NCBI GenBank assembly: GCA_964420875.1 | Contig: CAYQUK010000001.1 | Span: 9,946-73,945, forward strand | Direction of reading: 5' to 3' | Source of the DNA: an uncultured Candidatus Saccharibacteria bacterium | Lineage (GTDB): Bacteria; Patescibacteriota; Minisyncoccia; Phycocordibacterales; UBA5272 | Length of the DNA stretch: 64,000 nt | In this document: positions 1 to 9,771 of the stretch, in pieces | Position numbering within the stretch: position 1 is the first letter of the stretch | Layout of the letters: every line of letters starts with the position of its first letter | The notes under the pieces: generated by a model | Told to the model about the DNA's origin: nothing | Database searches by the model: none | Seen by the model: only the letters and a program-made list of their open reading frames with translations | Translations under genes and position numbers: made by a program

Positions 1-57
1 GGTATAGTTGCTGTGATATACTGTTTTCATTATTTAAAATAAAAAGTAGATCATAAT

Positions 58-2427
58 ATGAAATTATCAGGATTCTTAAAAGGTGTTATATATGCGTCTC
101 TCGCAGTGATACCAATGCTCGCATGGTTTGTTTCTGAGTCGACATTTTTCCCTTATATTACTGGCAAGAATTTTGCTTTCAGGTTCCTGATAGAAATATC
201 TTTGGTTGCATGGGTGGCGCTGGCAATACTCGAGCCGGCGTACAGACCTAAAAAGTCCTTGCTTTTTTATTCTTATACATTCTTTTTAGGTATAATGTGT
301 CTCGCAAATATTTTAGGAGCTAATTCATATTTGTCATTCTTTTCAAATTTTGAACGTAGTGAAGGTTGGTTCACGCATTTGCATTTATTTATTTACTTTA
401 CTATCCTGTATTCTGTTTACAAGACAGATAAAGACTGGTTAAAAATGTTGGGATGGTTTGTGGTTGGTAATGTGGCTGTGTCTATGCAGGGAGTATTTCA
501 AATACTCGGACAAAAAGACTTTTTCTTAACGAGGATATATAGCAGCAAGATGGTGTCATTTATAAACGAGTTCTATCCGACAGCTTCCGGTAATGGGTTG
601 CGTCTAGATTCCACTCTTGGTAACGCTGCGTATTATGGTATATTCACATTATTCTTTGCGTTTATCGGTGCCATGCTTGCTGTAAAGGCTAAAAATTGGA
701 AAGGTGATCAGGGGTGCCGATCTGTATTTATGGTTGTTGGGCCGATTTTCCTTGTGCTCGCTAGTAAATTTTTCAATGGAAACATAAGTCCGTTTATATG
801 GCTTCTTGGTATGATTGGGCTCATTATTGGTGGTTATAGTTTTGTTAAAAAATACTCTGAGGGTCAGATCGGTAGTTGGCCGTTTGCTATTGTTGCATTA
901 TTAAATGCTTTCTTGCTATTTTATACTCAAACTCGTGGTTCGTATTTTGGTTTAGCTGGAGGTATAGCAGTTGCTGTTGTTACATTTATGCTGAGCAAAG
1001 AGGGTAGGCAAAAATATGCAAAGACAGTTAAATATCTACTAGGAGCTACAGCGGCATTAGTAATAGTTGTTGCTGCAATGTTTGCATTGCGTGATACAAG
1101 CATGATGCAAAACTCTGTGATAGTAAAACGTATAGCAACTATCAAATTAGCAAACATAGTATTGCACCCTGTTGATTCGTTTAATATGGTTGCTGACAAC
1201 AGTGTGACTTATCCAGAACTGGTAAATTATTTTGGAGAGGCGACTATAGTATCACGTTTCCTAAATGCAAAGATGAGTATAGAGGGTGTGAGTGAAAGTG
1301 CAAAAAATCTGATTTTGGGATATGGGCAGGAGAATTACACAACTGTTTTCTCAAAACATTTTGACCCTAGGATGTATCAACAGGAGGCATGGTTTGACCG
1401 TGCTCACAATGTTTTCTTTGATTGGTTGGTGGCAGGAGGTGTTATAGGTCTGCTTGCTTACCTCGCTCTATACCTCACACCTGTGTACATGCTCTGGTAT
1501 GGTAAAGGTAAACATAATATCTCACTGGGTGAAAGGAGTATTTTGACTGGGGTCCTCGCTGGGTATTTTATACACAATATATTCGTGTTTGATAGTTTGA
1601 CCAGCCTCATAGTCTTTGTATTGATATTGGCATATATAGCATCACGTACTCGTGACACAGACAGTCATATAAAAGACGAAGGTAAAGACCATAAACATGC
1701 TAGTAATATTGTTATGTATGGATACCTGTCGGTTGCATCTGTTGTGAGCATATTGTTATTTGTGTTTACAGTTTACAAGCCGCTGTCAGCAAATATGGAT
1801 GTTATATCATCACTACGTGCCGTTAACGCTATGAGCACATATGCAGATGTCCCAGCTGCTACAAAGTTAACATTGTCATATTTTAAATCAGCTCTCTCTG
1901 CAAATAGTTATGGTGATAATGAAATATTGGAGCAAATGGTATCTCGTGTTGCAGATTTGGCGTCACTAGATTTTACAAAAGTCCCTGAAGATAAACGTGC
2001 CAGCACAATAGAAGACTATCAAGAGATGAGGTCTTTGGCAGAGACTAGCTATTTAGCCTTTATTAACAAATACCCAGCAGCTAGGGGTTATTCACTTTAT
2101 TCTTCATACATGAGAATAACAGGCGATCTTGATACATCAAAGGAGTATGGCGCGAAAGCAGTAGAACTTGCCCCTAACAAGCAGGCATTGGTAGGTGACT
2201 ATATAGAGACTTTGATGGATAGAAAAGAATATAGTGAGGCTTATGATTTAGCAAAGAAAATGTATGAGTCTGAAAAGACATTCCTGTCTGCAGAAGAGAC
2301 TTATATAGTGACAGCAGCCTATGCTGGTAAAAAAGCTGAAGCCAAGGCTCAATTGGAGAGTTTGCGTCAGCGTAATGGAGAGGCAGCAAAGCAGCTTGAC
2401 GCCAAGCTAGTCGCTCTGTTAAAATAA
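58..2427 (+). CDS. Polytopic membrane protein with O-antigen-ligase (Wzy_C)-like N-terminal TM domain and C-terminal TPR-like helical repeats. Possibly an O-oligosaccharyltransferase/ligase.
   Basis: 789-aa ORF. About 10-12 predicted TM helices in the first ~520 aa, then a soluble repeat-rich (TPR-like) C-terminus. Domain family assigned from recall, not from a search. Confidence 0.5.
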   Translation: MKLSGFLKGVIYASLAVIPMLAWFVSESTFFPYITGKNFAFRFLIEISLVAWVALAILEPAYRPKKSLLFYSYTFFLGIMCLANILGANSYLSFFSNFERSEGWFTHLHLFIYFTILYSVYKTDKDWLKMLGWFVVGNVAVSMQGVFQILGQKDFFLTRIYSSKMVSFINEFYPTASGNGLRLDSTLGNAAYYGIFTLFFAFIGAMLAVKAKNWKGDQGCRSVFMVVGPIFLVLASKFFNGNISPFIWLLGMIGLIIGGYSFVKKYSEGQIGSWPFAIVALLNAFLLFYTQTRGSYFGLAGGIAVAVVTFMLSKEGRQKYAKTVKYLLGATAALVIVVAAMFALRDTSMMQNSVIVKRIATIKLANIVLHPVDSFNMVADNSVTYPELVNYFGEATIVSRFLNAKMSIEGVSESAKNLILGYGQENYTTVFSKHFDPRMYQQEAWFDRAHNVFFDWLVAGGVIGLLAYLALYLTPVYMLWYGKGKHNISLGERSILTGVLAGYFIHNIFVFDSLTSLIVFVLILAYIASRTRDTDSHIKDEGKDHKHASNIVMYGYLSVASVVSILLFVFTVYKPLSANMDVISSLRAVNAMSTYADVPAATKLTLSYFKSALSANSYGDNEILEQMVSRVADLASLDFTKVPEDKRASTIEDYQEMRSLAETSYLAFINKYPAARGYSLYSSYMRITGDLDTSKEYGAKAVELAPNKQALVGDYIETLMDRKEYSEAYDLAKKMYESEKTFLSAEETYIVTAAYAGKKAEAKAQLESLRQRNGEAAKQLDAKLVALLK

Positions 2428-2484
2428 TAGCAGTGAGTTGCACATAAAAGTGTGCTAGCTTGCAACAACAACAAATGTCCTCAT

Positions 2485-2512
2485 AAAATGCGCCATTCGG
2501 CGCATTTTATGT
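2485..2512 (+). terminator. Rho-independent terminator
   Basis: Hairpin aaaatgcgcc-attcg-gcgcatttt followed by T-rich run, downstream of the 58..2427 CDS. Confidence 0.6.
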
Positions 2513-2572
2513 TTCCATTTTTTAAAGTATTTGCTTTTAATTTTAGATGTCTGATATAATTAATTTGTAAAC

Positions 2573-2657
2573 CTGTTTTCAATTCGCAAGCGGACGCACT
2601 CACAAAGGCATTTGTTGTTGGAGTTAGCACCTCGCTTGCGAATTGAGCACAGGTTTT
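2573..2657. repeat. Long inverted repeat: ~21-bp arms (cctgttttcaattcgcaagcg / cgcttgcgaattgagcacagg) around a ~40-nt loop
   Basis: Read directly from the sequence. One or two mismatches between arms. Sits between convergent genes at the 3' end of tsaD. Confidence 0.6.
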
Positions 2658-3724
2658 TATTTTTGGTCTAGGCAGAGATTGCTATTTGCAGACAGGTCTT
2701 TGTTTGAGTCGCTTTTTGTATCGGTGTTTATTTTTACCATAGCTATTATAGCTATCATGAGAGCATTGTCAGTCGACATTTCTCTTTTAGGAAGGTAAAG
2801 ATCTATGTCGTCTCTCTTACAAATATTTGTTATGGCTTCGCGTATGTGATTGTTAGCAGATACTCCGCCGCCGACAATGAGAGATTTGCTGTTATATAAA
2901 AATGTCGCAGTCTCCAATTTCTTTATCAATACATCTGTTACCGCATTTTCAAACTCCATACAGAAAACTTCACGCAGTTCGTCAGTGATTTCATTCTTTT
3001 GTGTAGCATATAGCACTGCAGTTTTTAGTCCTGAAAATGAAAAGTCTAGATTTTTAGAGTTGATCATTGGACGCGGAAGGCGTAAATGTTCAGGCGTTAT
3101 AGCTCCACGCTTTCGAGCGGATTCAGCGAGTTTAGATATTTTTGGTCCGCCAGGATACTCGAGACCCATTGAACGAGCAGCCTTGTCGAACGCTTCACCA
3201 GCTGCGTCATCTAGAGTCTCTCCAATTTTTTGGTATTTGTTGGGTGTGGGCATAAACACTATCTCGGTATGCCCTCCTGAAATTAGTAGCGCGAGTGACG
3301 GGTATGCTGGTAATGTTAAGGTGTAGTGATTTTTCTTTTTCTCTTCGACAAGTGACGCATATATATGTCCCTCCATATGGTTGATGCCGTATAGAGGTAT
3401 ATTGTTTTCTAGTGATATCTTTTTAGCTTCCTCAACACCAACCCAGAGAGCTGGAGCTAACCCGGGACCAGAGGTCACAGCTATAGCATCTATTTTTTTA
3501 ATAGTGATTTTTGCTTTTTCTAAAGCTTTGGCTATTAATATTGGCAGATGTATAAGATGTTCTCTCTTCGCTAGGTTGGGGTACACACCGCCATACTCTT
3601 TGTGTATATCTATTTGGGATATTAGTAGGTTGGATAATAGAACAAACTCACTGCTCCCATATTTCCATTCTATTATGGCTACTCCTGTTTCGTCGCAGCT
3701 GGTCTCTATTGCCAAGATTCGCAT
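2657..3724 (-). CDS. tsaD: tRNA N6-adenosine threonylcarbamoyltransferase TsaD (Kae1/Gcp family)
   Basis: N-terminus MRILAIETSCDETGVAII, HxxH metal motif, and overall length (355 aa) typical of TsaD. Confidence 0.85.
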   Translation of the reverse strand: MRILAIETSCDETGVAIIEWKYGSSEFVLLSNLLISQIDIHKEYGGVYPNLAKREHLIHLPILIAKALEKAKITIKKIDAIAVTSGPGLAPALWVGVEEAKKISLENNIPLYGINHMEGHIYASLVEEKKKNHYTLTLPAYPSLALLISGGHTEIVFMPTPNKYQKIGETLDDAAGEAFDKAARSMGLEYPGGPKISKLAESARKRGAITPEHLRLPRPMINSKNLDFSFSGLKTAVLYATQKNEITDELREVFCMEFENAVTDVLIKKLETATFLYNSKSLIVGGGVSANNHIREAITNICKRDDIDLYLPKREMSTDNALMIAIIAMVKINTDTKSDSNKDLSANSNLCLDQK

Positions 3725-3797
3725 ATTGTGACAATTATATCATAAATATGCTGTATACTGGTAGATAAGTCGCGAGACTTACTTTTAAATAATAAAT

Positions 3798-4250
3798 ATG
3801 CAATTTTTAAAACAATATAATCACAGTGTGTTTTTGTTCCTAGTGCGTGTAGTAGCCGGAGTGGCATTTATAGCTCATGGTTATCCAAAAATCATGAACC
3901 CTGAAATGTTCTCAGGATTTTTTTCATCACTAGGACTTGGTGGTTCTAATATGGTGATGTTTGTCGGTTTGGTGGAGCTGATCGGCGGAGTACTTTTAAT
4001 CGCTGGTGTGTACACTATGTATGCTGGTGTATTGCTAAGTATCGTAATGCTCGTTGCTATTTTCAAAGTTCATTTTGCTAGTGGATACAGCATGATGAAC
4101 AATGGTTATGAGTACCAACTGTTATTACTCGCCGTGTCTCTTGGTATGGTTTTCTCTGGTCCAGGAAAATACTCTCTTTGGGGCGGAAAATGTGGTTGTC
4201 CAAATGGTATGTGTGATCACAAGGGTGGCTCAAAAACTTGTAATTGCTAG
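3798..4250 (+). CDS. DoxX-family membrane protein with Cys-rich C-terminal tail
   Basis: 150 aa, 4 TM helices in a DoxX-like arrangement. C-terminal GGKCGCPNGMCDHKGGSKTCNC. Confidence 0.6.
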   Translation: MQFLKQYNHSVFLFLVRVVAGVAFIAHGYPKIMNPEMFSGFFSSLGLGGSNMVMFVGLVELIGGVLLIAGVYTMYAGVLLSIVMLVAIFKVHFASGYSMMNNGYEYQLLLLAVSLGMVFSGPGKYSLWGGKCGCPNGMCDHKGGSKTCNC

Positions 4251-4272
4251 ATTGGTATAATAGTTAAACACA

Positions 4273-4303
4273 AAAAGCGGCCACGCAGTGGCCGCTTTTT
4301 GTG
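4273..4303 (+). terminator. Rho-independent terminator
   Basis: aaaaagcggccac-gca-gtggccgcttttt perfect hairpin plus U-tract. Confidence 0.8.
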
Positions 4304-4422
4304 TTATTGTATACATATGAATATCAAAAAAAGTGAGATCAAAACCAGAAAAATAAATAGTGAAATGAGAAAAAGTTTGGAGAAATTTAGTAGCAAGAAA
4401 AGTAAAAAAGTAGTCTGGTAAT

Positions 4423-4863
4423 ATGAAAATACTACTGCTCTCGGTCAGCAAAAAGAATATCTCTTTTAAAGACTCTATAGATGAGTACAGGCTGAGACTA
4501 TCTAAATTCGTAGAGATAGAGGAGGAGGCATTGTCACACTCTGATATCAAAACTGAGTCTGAAAATCTAATAAAAAGAATAAGACCTGACGACTATGTTG
4601 TTCTGATGGATGAACATGGCAGCAATTTAAAAAGTGAACAGTTCGCAGAGCTCCTAGATAATAGGATGCAAGATAGTCAAAAGAGGATAGTGTTTATAAT
4701 TGGTGGGGCATATGGTGTTACCGAATACCTCAAACATCGCGCCAACTACACATTAGCATTTGGGAGTATGGTCTGGCCCCATGCCTTGTGCAAGGTTATG
4801 CTTTATGAGCAGATATATCGCGCCTACATGATACTTTCCGGATCATCTTATCATCATGAGTAA
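4423..4863 (+). CDS. rlmH: 23S rRNA (pseudouridine1915-N3)-methyltransferase RlmH (SPOUT family)
   Basis: 146 aa, size and motifs (IVFIIGGAYGV...) match RlmH. Confidence 0.65.
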   Translation: MKILLLSVSKKNISFKDSIDEYRLRLSKFVEIEEEALSHSDIKTESENLIKRIRPDDYVVLMDEHGSNLKSEQFAELLDNRMQDSQKRIVFIIGGAYGVTEYLKHRANYTLAFGSMVWPHALCKVMLYEQIYRAYMILSGSSYHHE

Positions 4864-4887
4864 TATGTGATAATATGTACCTCACAA

Positions 4888-4960
4888 GGGCGGTTAGCTC
4901 AGTTGGTAGAGCGTCACATTGACGTTGTGAATGTCAGAGGTTCGACTCCTCTACCGCCCA
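4888..4960 (+). tRNA. tRNA-Val (anticodon GAC)
   Basis: Cloverleaf folded by hand: acceptor gggcggt/accgccc, D-arm gctc-agttggta-gagc, anticodon stem tcaca/tgtga with loop ttGACgt, T-arm agagg-ttcgact-cctct. CCA not encoded. Confidence 0.85.
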
Positions 4961-4962
4961 CA

Positions 4963-5388
4963 ATGAAAAAGTTACTTCTTTCTATAATTATTTTATTTTT
5001 GTCCATTGGGGCAATATATTATATAGGAGTACGCGGAACATATAGAAATGATTTGTCTATAAACGGTAAAGACTTTTGGGTACAAATAGTAGAGAGAGAT
5101 AGAGATAGACAAATAGGATTGTCAGGTAGATATGACATGTGTGACAAATGTGGAATGTTATTTATTTTTGATTCTATGAATGAGAGGAGTTTTTGGATGA
5201 AAGACATGCGTTTTGATATTGATATTCTATTTTTAGATGCGGATAAAAAGATAGTTAAAATGTATGAGAATGTTGATAAGGAAAAGTTCCCAGAGACATA
5301 CAATGCAAATGCAAAGTATGTTCTCGAGCTAGGTGGGGGTACTGCAAAAAAGAGTGGTATTGTAGTTGGGGATGTGATAGATTGGTAG
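4963..5388 (+). CDS. DUF192-family protein (COG1430)
   Basis: MKKLLLSIIILF N-terminal TM/signal, then DUF192-like core (FIFDSMNERSFWMKDMRFDIDILFLD...YVLELGGG). The start of the tabulated ORF 4867..5388 lies inside the tRNA, so the start was moved to ATG 4963. Confidence 0.55.
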   Translation: MKKLLLSIIILFLSIGAIYYIGVRGTYRNDLSINGKDFWVQIVERDRDRQIGLSGRYDMCDKCGMLFIFDSMNERSFWMKDMRFDIDILFLDADKKIVKMYENVDKEKFPETYNANAKYVLELGGGTAKKSGIVVGDVIDW

Positions 5389-5390
5389 TG

Positions 5391-5698
5391 CTACTTTTGA
5401 TAGGTGCGCGAACCTGGTTTATATCAGGGAGTGAGGAAAGTCCGAACACACAGTTTTGAATTATTCAGAACAAAAGTAGTGGGTAACGCCCACCGTGGGT
5501 GACCATAGCGTTGCGAACAGAGACGAGCCTGTTTAGTCAGGTTGAAACGGCAAAATACGTACTCGTGTGCAAGACCGTGCCGGTCTCGTACCGGAGTCGT
5601 CGCAAATGATCAACATGGTAACATGTTGGCAAGAAAAATACCTATTGGTTTGATAATTCACAAGATCAAACTTTACAGAATTCGGCTTATAAAAGTAG
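5391..5698 (+). ncRNA. rnpB: RNase P RNA (bacterial type A)
   Basis: Conserved P4 strands GAGGAAAGUCCG (approx. 5432-5443) and ACAGAAuuCGGCUUAU (approx. 5675-5690). GGGUAACGCCcACC motif present. 5' ctacttttga pairs with 3' aaaagtag (P1). Begins 2 nt after the stop of the upstream CDS. Confidence 0.8.
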
Positions 5699-5731
5699 AA
5701 AGCCCCACGCCGCAAGGCGTGGGGCTTGTGT
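5699..5731 (+). terminator. Hairpin after rnpB (weak U-tract)
   Basis: gccccacgcc-gcaa-ggcgtggggc followed by ttgtgtt. Confidence 0.4.
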
Positions 5732-5748
5732 TATAATAAGTTTTAATT

Positions 5749-7386
5749 ATGCAAGGAGAGAAAAAGCTACTATTTGCAGCACTGGTATTAGGATTTTTCA
5801 ATCTACTCTCTCTTATATTAGGGCTGATTCGTGATAGGTTGCTGGCATCTAATATTGGTCCAGGAGAGGTGTTGGATACTTATTATGCAGCATTTAAAAT
5901 ACCAGACACCATCCATCTCATCATGATGTCGGTGATATCAACTATCACAATAGTTCCTATATTTTCCAAATTGATACGCGAGGATAATTTTAAAAAGGTT
6001 GGCGAAATGTTCTCGACGTTAATATTATTTGTATCAGGTATATTAATATTTTTTGCATTTGGTATGTATTTTCTTATACCTCATGTTCTCGACTGGTATG
6101 TGCCAGGATTTTCTATTAGTCAAAAAGAAGATTTGATTTGGATCACTAGAGTTTTGATGCTGCAGCCAGTATTTTTGGCAACGTCTTATATTATAGGGTC
6201 AATGCTACAGGTCAAAGAAAAGTTCTTTTATTTCTCGCTAGCACCAGTTCTTTATAATTTGGGTGGTATTATCGGTGTGAGTCTTTTGTATCCTCTATAC
6301 GGCCTCACAGGACTTGGTATGGGCATAGTAATAGGTGCGATATTGCATCTCGGTGTTAACCTTTACGGCATTAGACGTATACCAGAAAAAGTTTGGGCTG
6401 GTTTCAATTTTTCTTTTGCTCATGTACGCGACATTGCTGTTGTTGCGGGACCTAGGTCTCTCGCCCTCGGTGTGCAACAGCTGCGGCTATTAACATTTGC
6501 TACAGCAGGATCTCTTTTACCAGCTGGGGCAATATCTGTTTATAATTTATCTTATAATTTGTATTGGATACCTGTGTCGATAATTGTAATGAGTTACTTG
6601 GTGACTATTTACCCCAGGCTAGCATCTATTGATAATAGACCAGACTTGAGTCATTTTGTTTCTACTGCTGTAAATTATTTTGTTTTCATTTTAGTGCCTA
6701 TTATTTGTTTTGGTTTTGTATTGCGTGCCTATATAGTGCGTATTGCTTATGGTGCTGGGGTATTTGATTGGCAATCTACAAAGCTCATCACTGCAACATT
6801 TGCAGTATTTCTTTTCGTTCTCATTTTTGATGCGATACGAAAACTATTTAGTAGGGTACTGTTTGCAAGAGGTGTAGTGTGGGCGCAGTTCTTAATAGAA
6901 ATAGTTCTGTTAATAGTTCAAACTTTGATTTTCATTTTTGCTTTCAAATATATTATTAACATATCAGGGTCATTTTTGTCTGAACTACTTAGTATATCTA
7001 TATATTCTATTCCTATTATTGCTCTCGCTTTGATATTTTTTATATTGGCTATAGTTGAACTGGGGGTGCTGTATGTTTTTGTCAGGAGACATGTTGATAT
7101 AAAGTTATCAGTATCTGTATTCCATGCAGTATTTGCTAGTCTCGGTGGCGGTTTGGTAATTTACCTAGGACTAAACATATTTGAGGACTGGTCAAAGATA
7201 GGAGTTACAACTGTCGGACTATTGATACAGTCGGGTCTTGCTTTTATTATGGGAGGTGTGACTTGGTATATACTTTTAAAAATATTTAAAAACAAAGAGT
7301 TGGCGATACTCGAGGACGCTGTCAAAAGAAAAATCTGGAGAACAAAGATAGAGGCGGTACAAGAAAATGTGGAGGTGGTGGAGTAA
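5749..7386 (+). CDS. murJ: Lipid II flippase MurJ/MviN family
   Basis: 545 aa, about 14 TM helices. N-terminal LASNIGPGEVLDTYYAAFKIPD region resembles the MurJ signature. Confidence 0.65.
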   Translation: MQGEKKLLFAALVLGFFNLLSLILGLIRDRLLASNIGPGEVLDTYYAAFKIPDTIHLIMMSVISTITIVPIFSKLIREDNFKKVGEMFSTLILFVSGILIFFAFGMYFLIPHVLDWYVPGFSISQKEDLIWITRVLMLQPVFLATSYIIGSMLQVKEKFFYFSLAPVLYNLGGIIGVSLLYPLYGLTGLGMGIVIGAILHLGVNLYGIRRIPEKVWAGFNFSFAHVRDIAVVAGPRSLALGVQQLRLLTFATAGSLLPAGAISVYNLSYNLYWIPVSIIVMSYLVTIYPRLASIDNRPDLSHFVSTAVNYFVFILVPIICFGFVLRAYIVRIAYGAGVFDWQSTKLITATFAVFLFVLIFDAIRKLFSRVLFARGVVWAQFLIEIVLLIVQTLIFIFAFKYIINISGSFLSELLSISIYSIPIIALALIFFILAIVELGVLYVFVRRHVDIKLSVSVFHAVFASLGGGLVIYLGLNIFEDWSKIGVTTVGLLIQSGLAFIMGGVTWYILLKIFKNKELAILEDAVKRKIWRTKIEAVQENVEVVE

Positions 7387-7429
7387 TGTGGGACTCGAAA
7401 AAGGTGACGAAATATGCTAGAGTAGCAAG

Positions 7430-9217
7430 GTGAATATTCGTAATTTCTCCATCATAGCCCATATAGATCACGGTAAATCCACCCTAGCGGACAGGATGCT
7501 CGAGCTGACTGCGACTGTGGAAAAAAGAAAAATGCAGGAGCAAGTCCTAGACAGTATGGAGCTGGAGCGTGAGCGTGGCATAACTATCAAGATGACACCA
7601 GTGCGTATGGACTATACAGCAAAAGACGGTAAAGATTATATTTTGAACTTGATTGACACCCCAGGACATATAGACTTTTCTTATGAGGTGTCACGCAGTC
7701 TCCGTGCGGTGGAGGGGGCCGTGCTGCTTGTTGATGCTACTCAGGGTGTTCAGGCGCAGACAATGACAGTTCTTGAGATGGCAAAGGAGGCAGGACTGAC
7801 TATTATCCCAGTTGTGAACAAAATAGACAGCCCGCTAGCAAAGGTGGATGACACAAAAGATGAGATAGTAAAAATACTTGGCTGTAAATATGAGGACATA
7901 TACGCAGTGAGTGGTAAGACTGGTGAGGGTGTGATGGATCTGTTCGAAGTGATATGCAAAACAGTCCCAGAGCCAAAAAAGATTGATGTAAATGCAAAAG
8001 GGTCTCGCGCTCTCATATTTGATTTTGAATATTCTAATCATCAAGGCGTGATACTTTATGTGCGTATGCTGGACGGCGCTGTGCAGCGTAATGATGAGTT
8101 CGTATTCCTCCAGTCAAAAGCAAAGTTCATAGTAAAAGAGGTGGGATTTTTCAAACCTCAAAAGGTTGAGAACGGTAAGGTGACTGAGGGTGAGATAGGG
8201 TACATTGTGACGGGCATCAAAGAGCCTGGTGTGGCGCGTGTGGGAGACACAGTGACACCATTTGCGCATCAGATGACGGCCTTCCCAGGATATGCCGAGC
8301 CTACACCACTAGTGTTCGCGAGTATCTATCCAGAGTTCCAAGAGTATTTTGATGACTTACGTACAGCTCTCGGTAAACTTCGCCTATCTGATTCATCGTT
8401 AACATATGAAGAGGAAACTAGTGGGGCATTGGGGCGTGGATTTAGAGCTGGGTTCCTCGGGATGCTTCATATGGAAATAGTGACCGAGAGACTGAGACGC
8501 GAGTTTGGATTGTCTCTTGTCATCACTTCGCCGTCTATTACTTATGAGGTAACTGATAAGAACAACAAAACAGAAATGGTGTACACACCTATACATTTCC
8601 CAGATCACGGAGATGTTGCTAGTGTGCGTGAGCCGTGGATATTGACCACAGTTATCACACCACACAGATATATCAGTAATGTGATGGAGATACTTCATAA
8701 ACATGAGGCGACAGTTATGGAAATGGAGGACTGGGGATTTGAACGTGTCAAAATGATACTCGAGATGCCACTGCGTGAGCTGATGCGTAATTTCTTTGAC
8801 GAGATGAAGTCTGTGACTAGTGGTTATGCGTCTGTAGCATATGAAGGCAATGAGCTGCGTCCAGCAAATGTAACACGCATGGATGTTTATGTTGCCGAGG
8901 ACAGGATAGCTGCATTTTCAAAAGTTATACCTGAATATCGCGCACAAGAAGAGGCCGAGGAGGTAGTAGAAAAGCTTGAGAAAATACTTCCAAAAGAAAT
9001 GTTTCGCGTAAAGATACAGTCGTATATAAAGGGTCGCATAGTAGCCAGTCGTTCCATAGCTCCAATGAAAAAAGATGTGACAGGTCATCTGTATGGTGGA
9101 GATATTACTAGAAAGATGAAGCTACGCGAAAAACAAAAAGAGGGCAAAAAGAGAATGATGTCAGAAGGAAAAGTCCATATCAGTCACGATACTTTCCTAA
9201 AGATGATGAAGAACTAG
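7430..9217 (+). CDS. lepA: Translation elongation factor 4 (LepA)
   Basis: N-terminus NFSIIAHIDHGKSTLADR, DTPGHIDF, NKID G-motifs. 595 aa. GTG start. Confidence 0.9.
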   Translation: MNIRNFSIIAHIDHGKSTLADRMLELTATVEKRKMQEQVLDSMELERERGITIKMTPVRMDYTAKDGKDYILNLIDTPGHIDFSYEVSRSLRAVEGAVLLVDATQGVQAQTMTVLEMAKEAGLTIIPVVNKIDSPLAKVDDTKDEIVKILGCKYEDIYAVSGKTGEGVMDLFEVICKTVPEPKKIDVNAKGSRALIFDFEYSNHQGVILYVRMLDGAVQRNDEFVFLQSKAKFIVKEVGFFKPQKVENGKVTEGEIGYIVTGIKEPGVARVGDTVTPFAHQMTAFPGYAEPTPLVFASIYPEFQEYFDDLRTALGKLRLSDSSLTYEEETSGALGRGFRAGFLGMLHMEIVTERLRREFGLSLVITSPSITYEVTDKNNKTEMVYTPIHFPDHGDVASVREPWILTTVITPHRYISNVMEILHKHEATVMEMEDWGFERVKMILEMPLRELMRNFFDEMKSVTSGYASVAYEGNELRPANVTRMDVYVAEDRIAAFSKVIPEYRAQEEAEEVVEKLEKILPKEMFRVKIQSYIKGRIVASRSIAPMKKDVTGHLYGGDITRKMKLREKQKEGKKRMMSEGKVHISHDTFLKMMKN

Positions 9218-9349
9218 TACTGCTTAGTACAAGAAAGTAATAAAATAAGAAGCCACAAGTCCTAGCATCATGATGACTGCTACAACTGAGAAGACCACTC
9301 TTACTATTTTTTGGTTTTGAGATGAGAAAAACATGTTGTACACTATATC

Positions 9350-9757
9350 ATGTTAATGTCTGTCTATCAACAAAGGAAAATTTGGAAAATAATAAAATAT
9401 TCAAAACTTACAGGTTTGATATTTCTAGGTATAGCCATATATTTTGCTATGGAGTCATTGCAATTCTTACAAAAATGGGGTCAGTTGGACGAGAGATTGA
9501 CTGACGCAAAGAGCGAGAGACAGAGGTATGCCGAAAAGCTAAGTAAAAGACAGGGGGAATATGATTTCTTGCAAACAGAGCGTGGGAAAGAGGAATATCT
9601 ACGCAACAACATGCCAGTAGCAAAAGCTGGAGAAAAGGTGGTGATACTTTATGATGCCACATCTAGTCCGGTGCAAGTATTGTCAACGGAAATGCCTTGG
9701 TATGTGACGCTTTTTTCAAATATAAAATACTTTTTTGCAACTTATACCAATATCTAG
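9350..9757 (+). CDS. Septum-formation initiator family protein (FtsB/DivIC-like)
   Basis: 135 aa with one N-terminal TM, a coiled-coil segment, and a conserved KEEYLRNNMPVAKAGEKVVIL tail typical of FtsB/DivIC. Confidence 0.55.
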   Translation: MLMSVYQQRKIWKIIKYSKLTGLIFLGIAIYFAMESLQFLQKWGQLDERLTDAKSERQRYAEKLSKRQGEYDFLQTERGKEEYLRNNMPVAKAGEKVVILYDATSSPVQVLSTEMPWYVTLFSNIKYFFATYTNI

Positions 9758-9771
9758 TAAACTGACGATAT

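Noticed and set aside
2850-3731. Plus-strand ORFs 2850..3326 and 3381..3731 antisense to tsaD
   Set aside because: Shadow ORFs within a well-supported conserved gene.
5533-5736. ORFs 5533..5715(-) and 5542..5736(+)
   Set aside because: They lie entirely within the RNase P RNA gene.
9209-9335. 42-aa minus-strand membrane-peptide ORF convergent with lepA
   Set aside because: No convincing RBS, and it overlaps the start region of the FtsB-like gene. Likely spurious.
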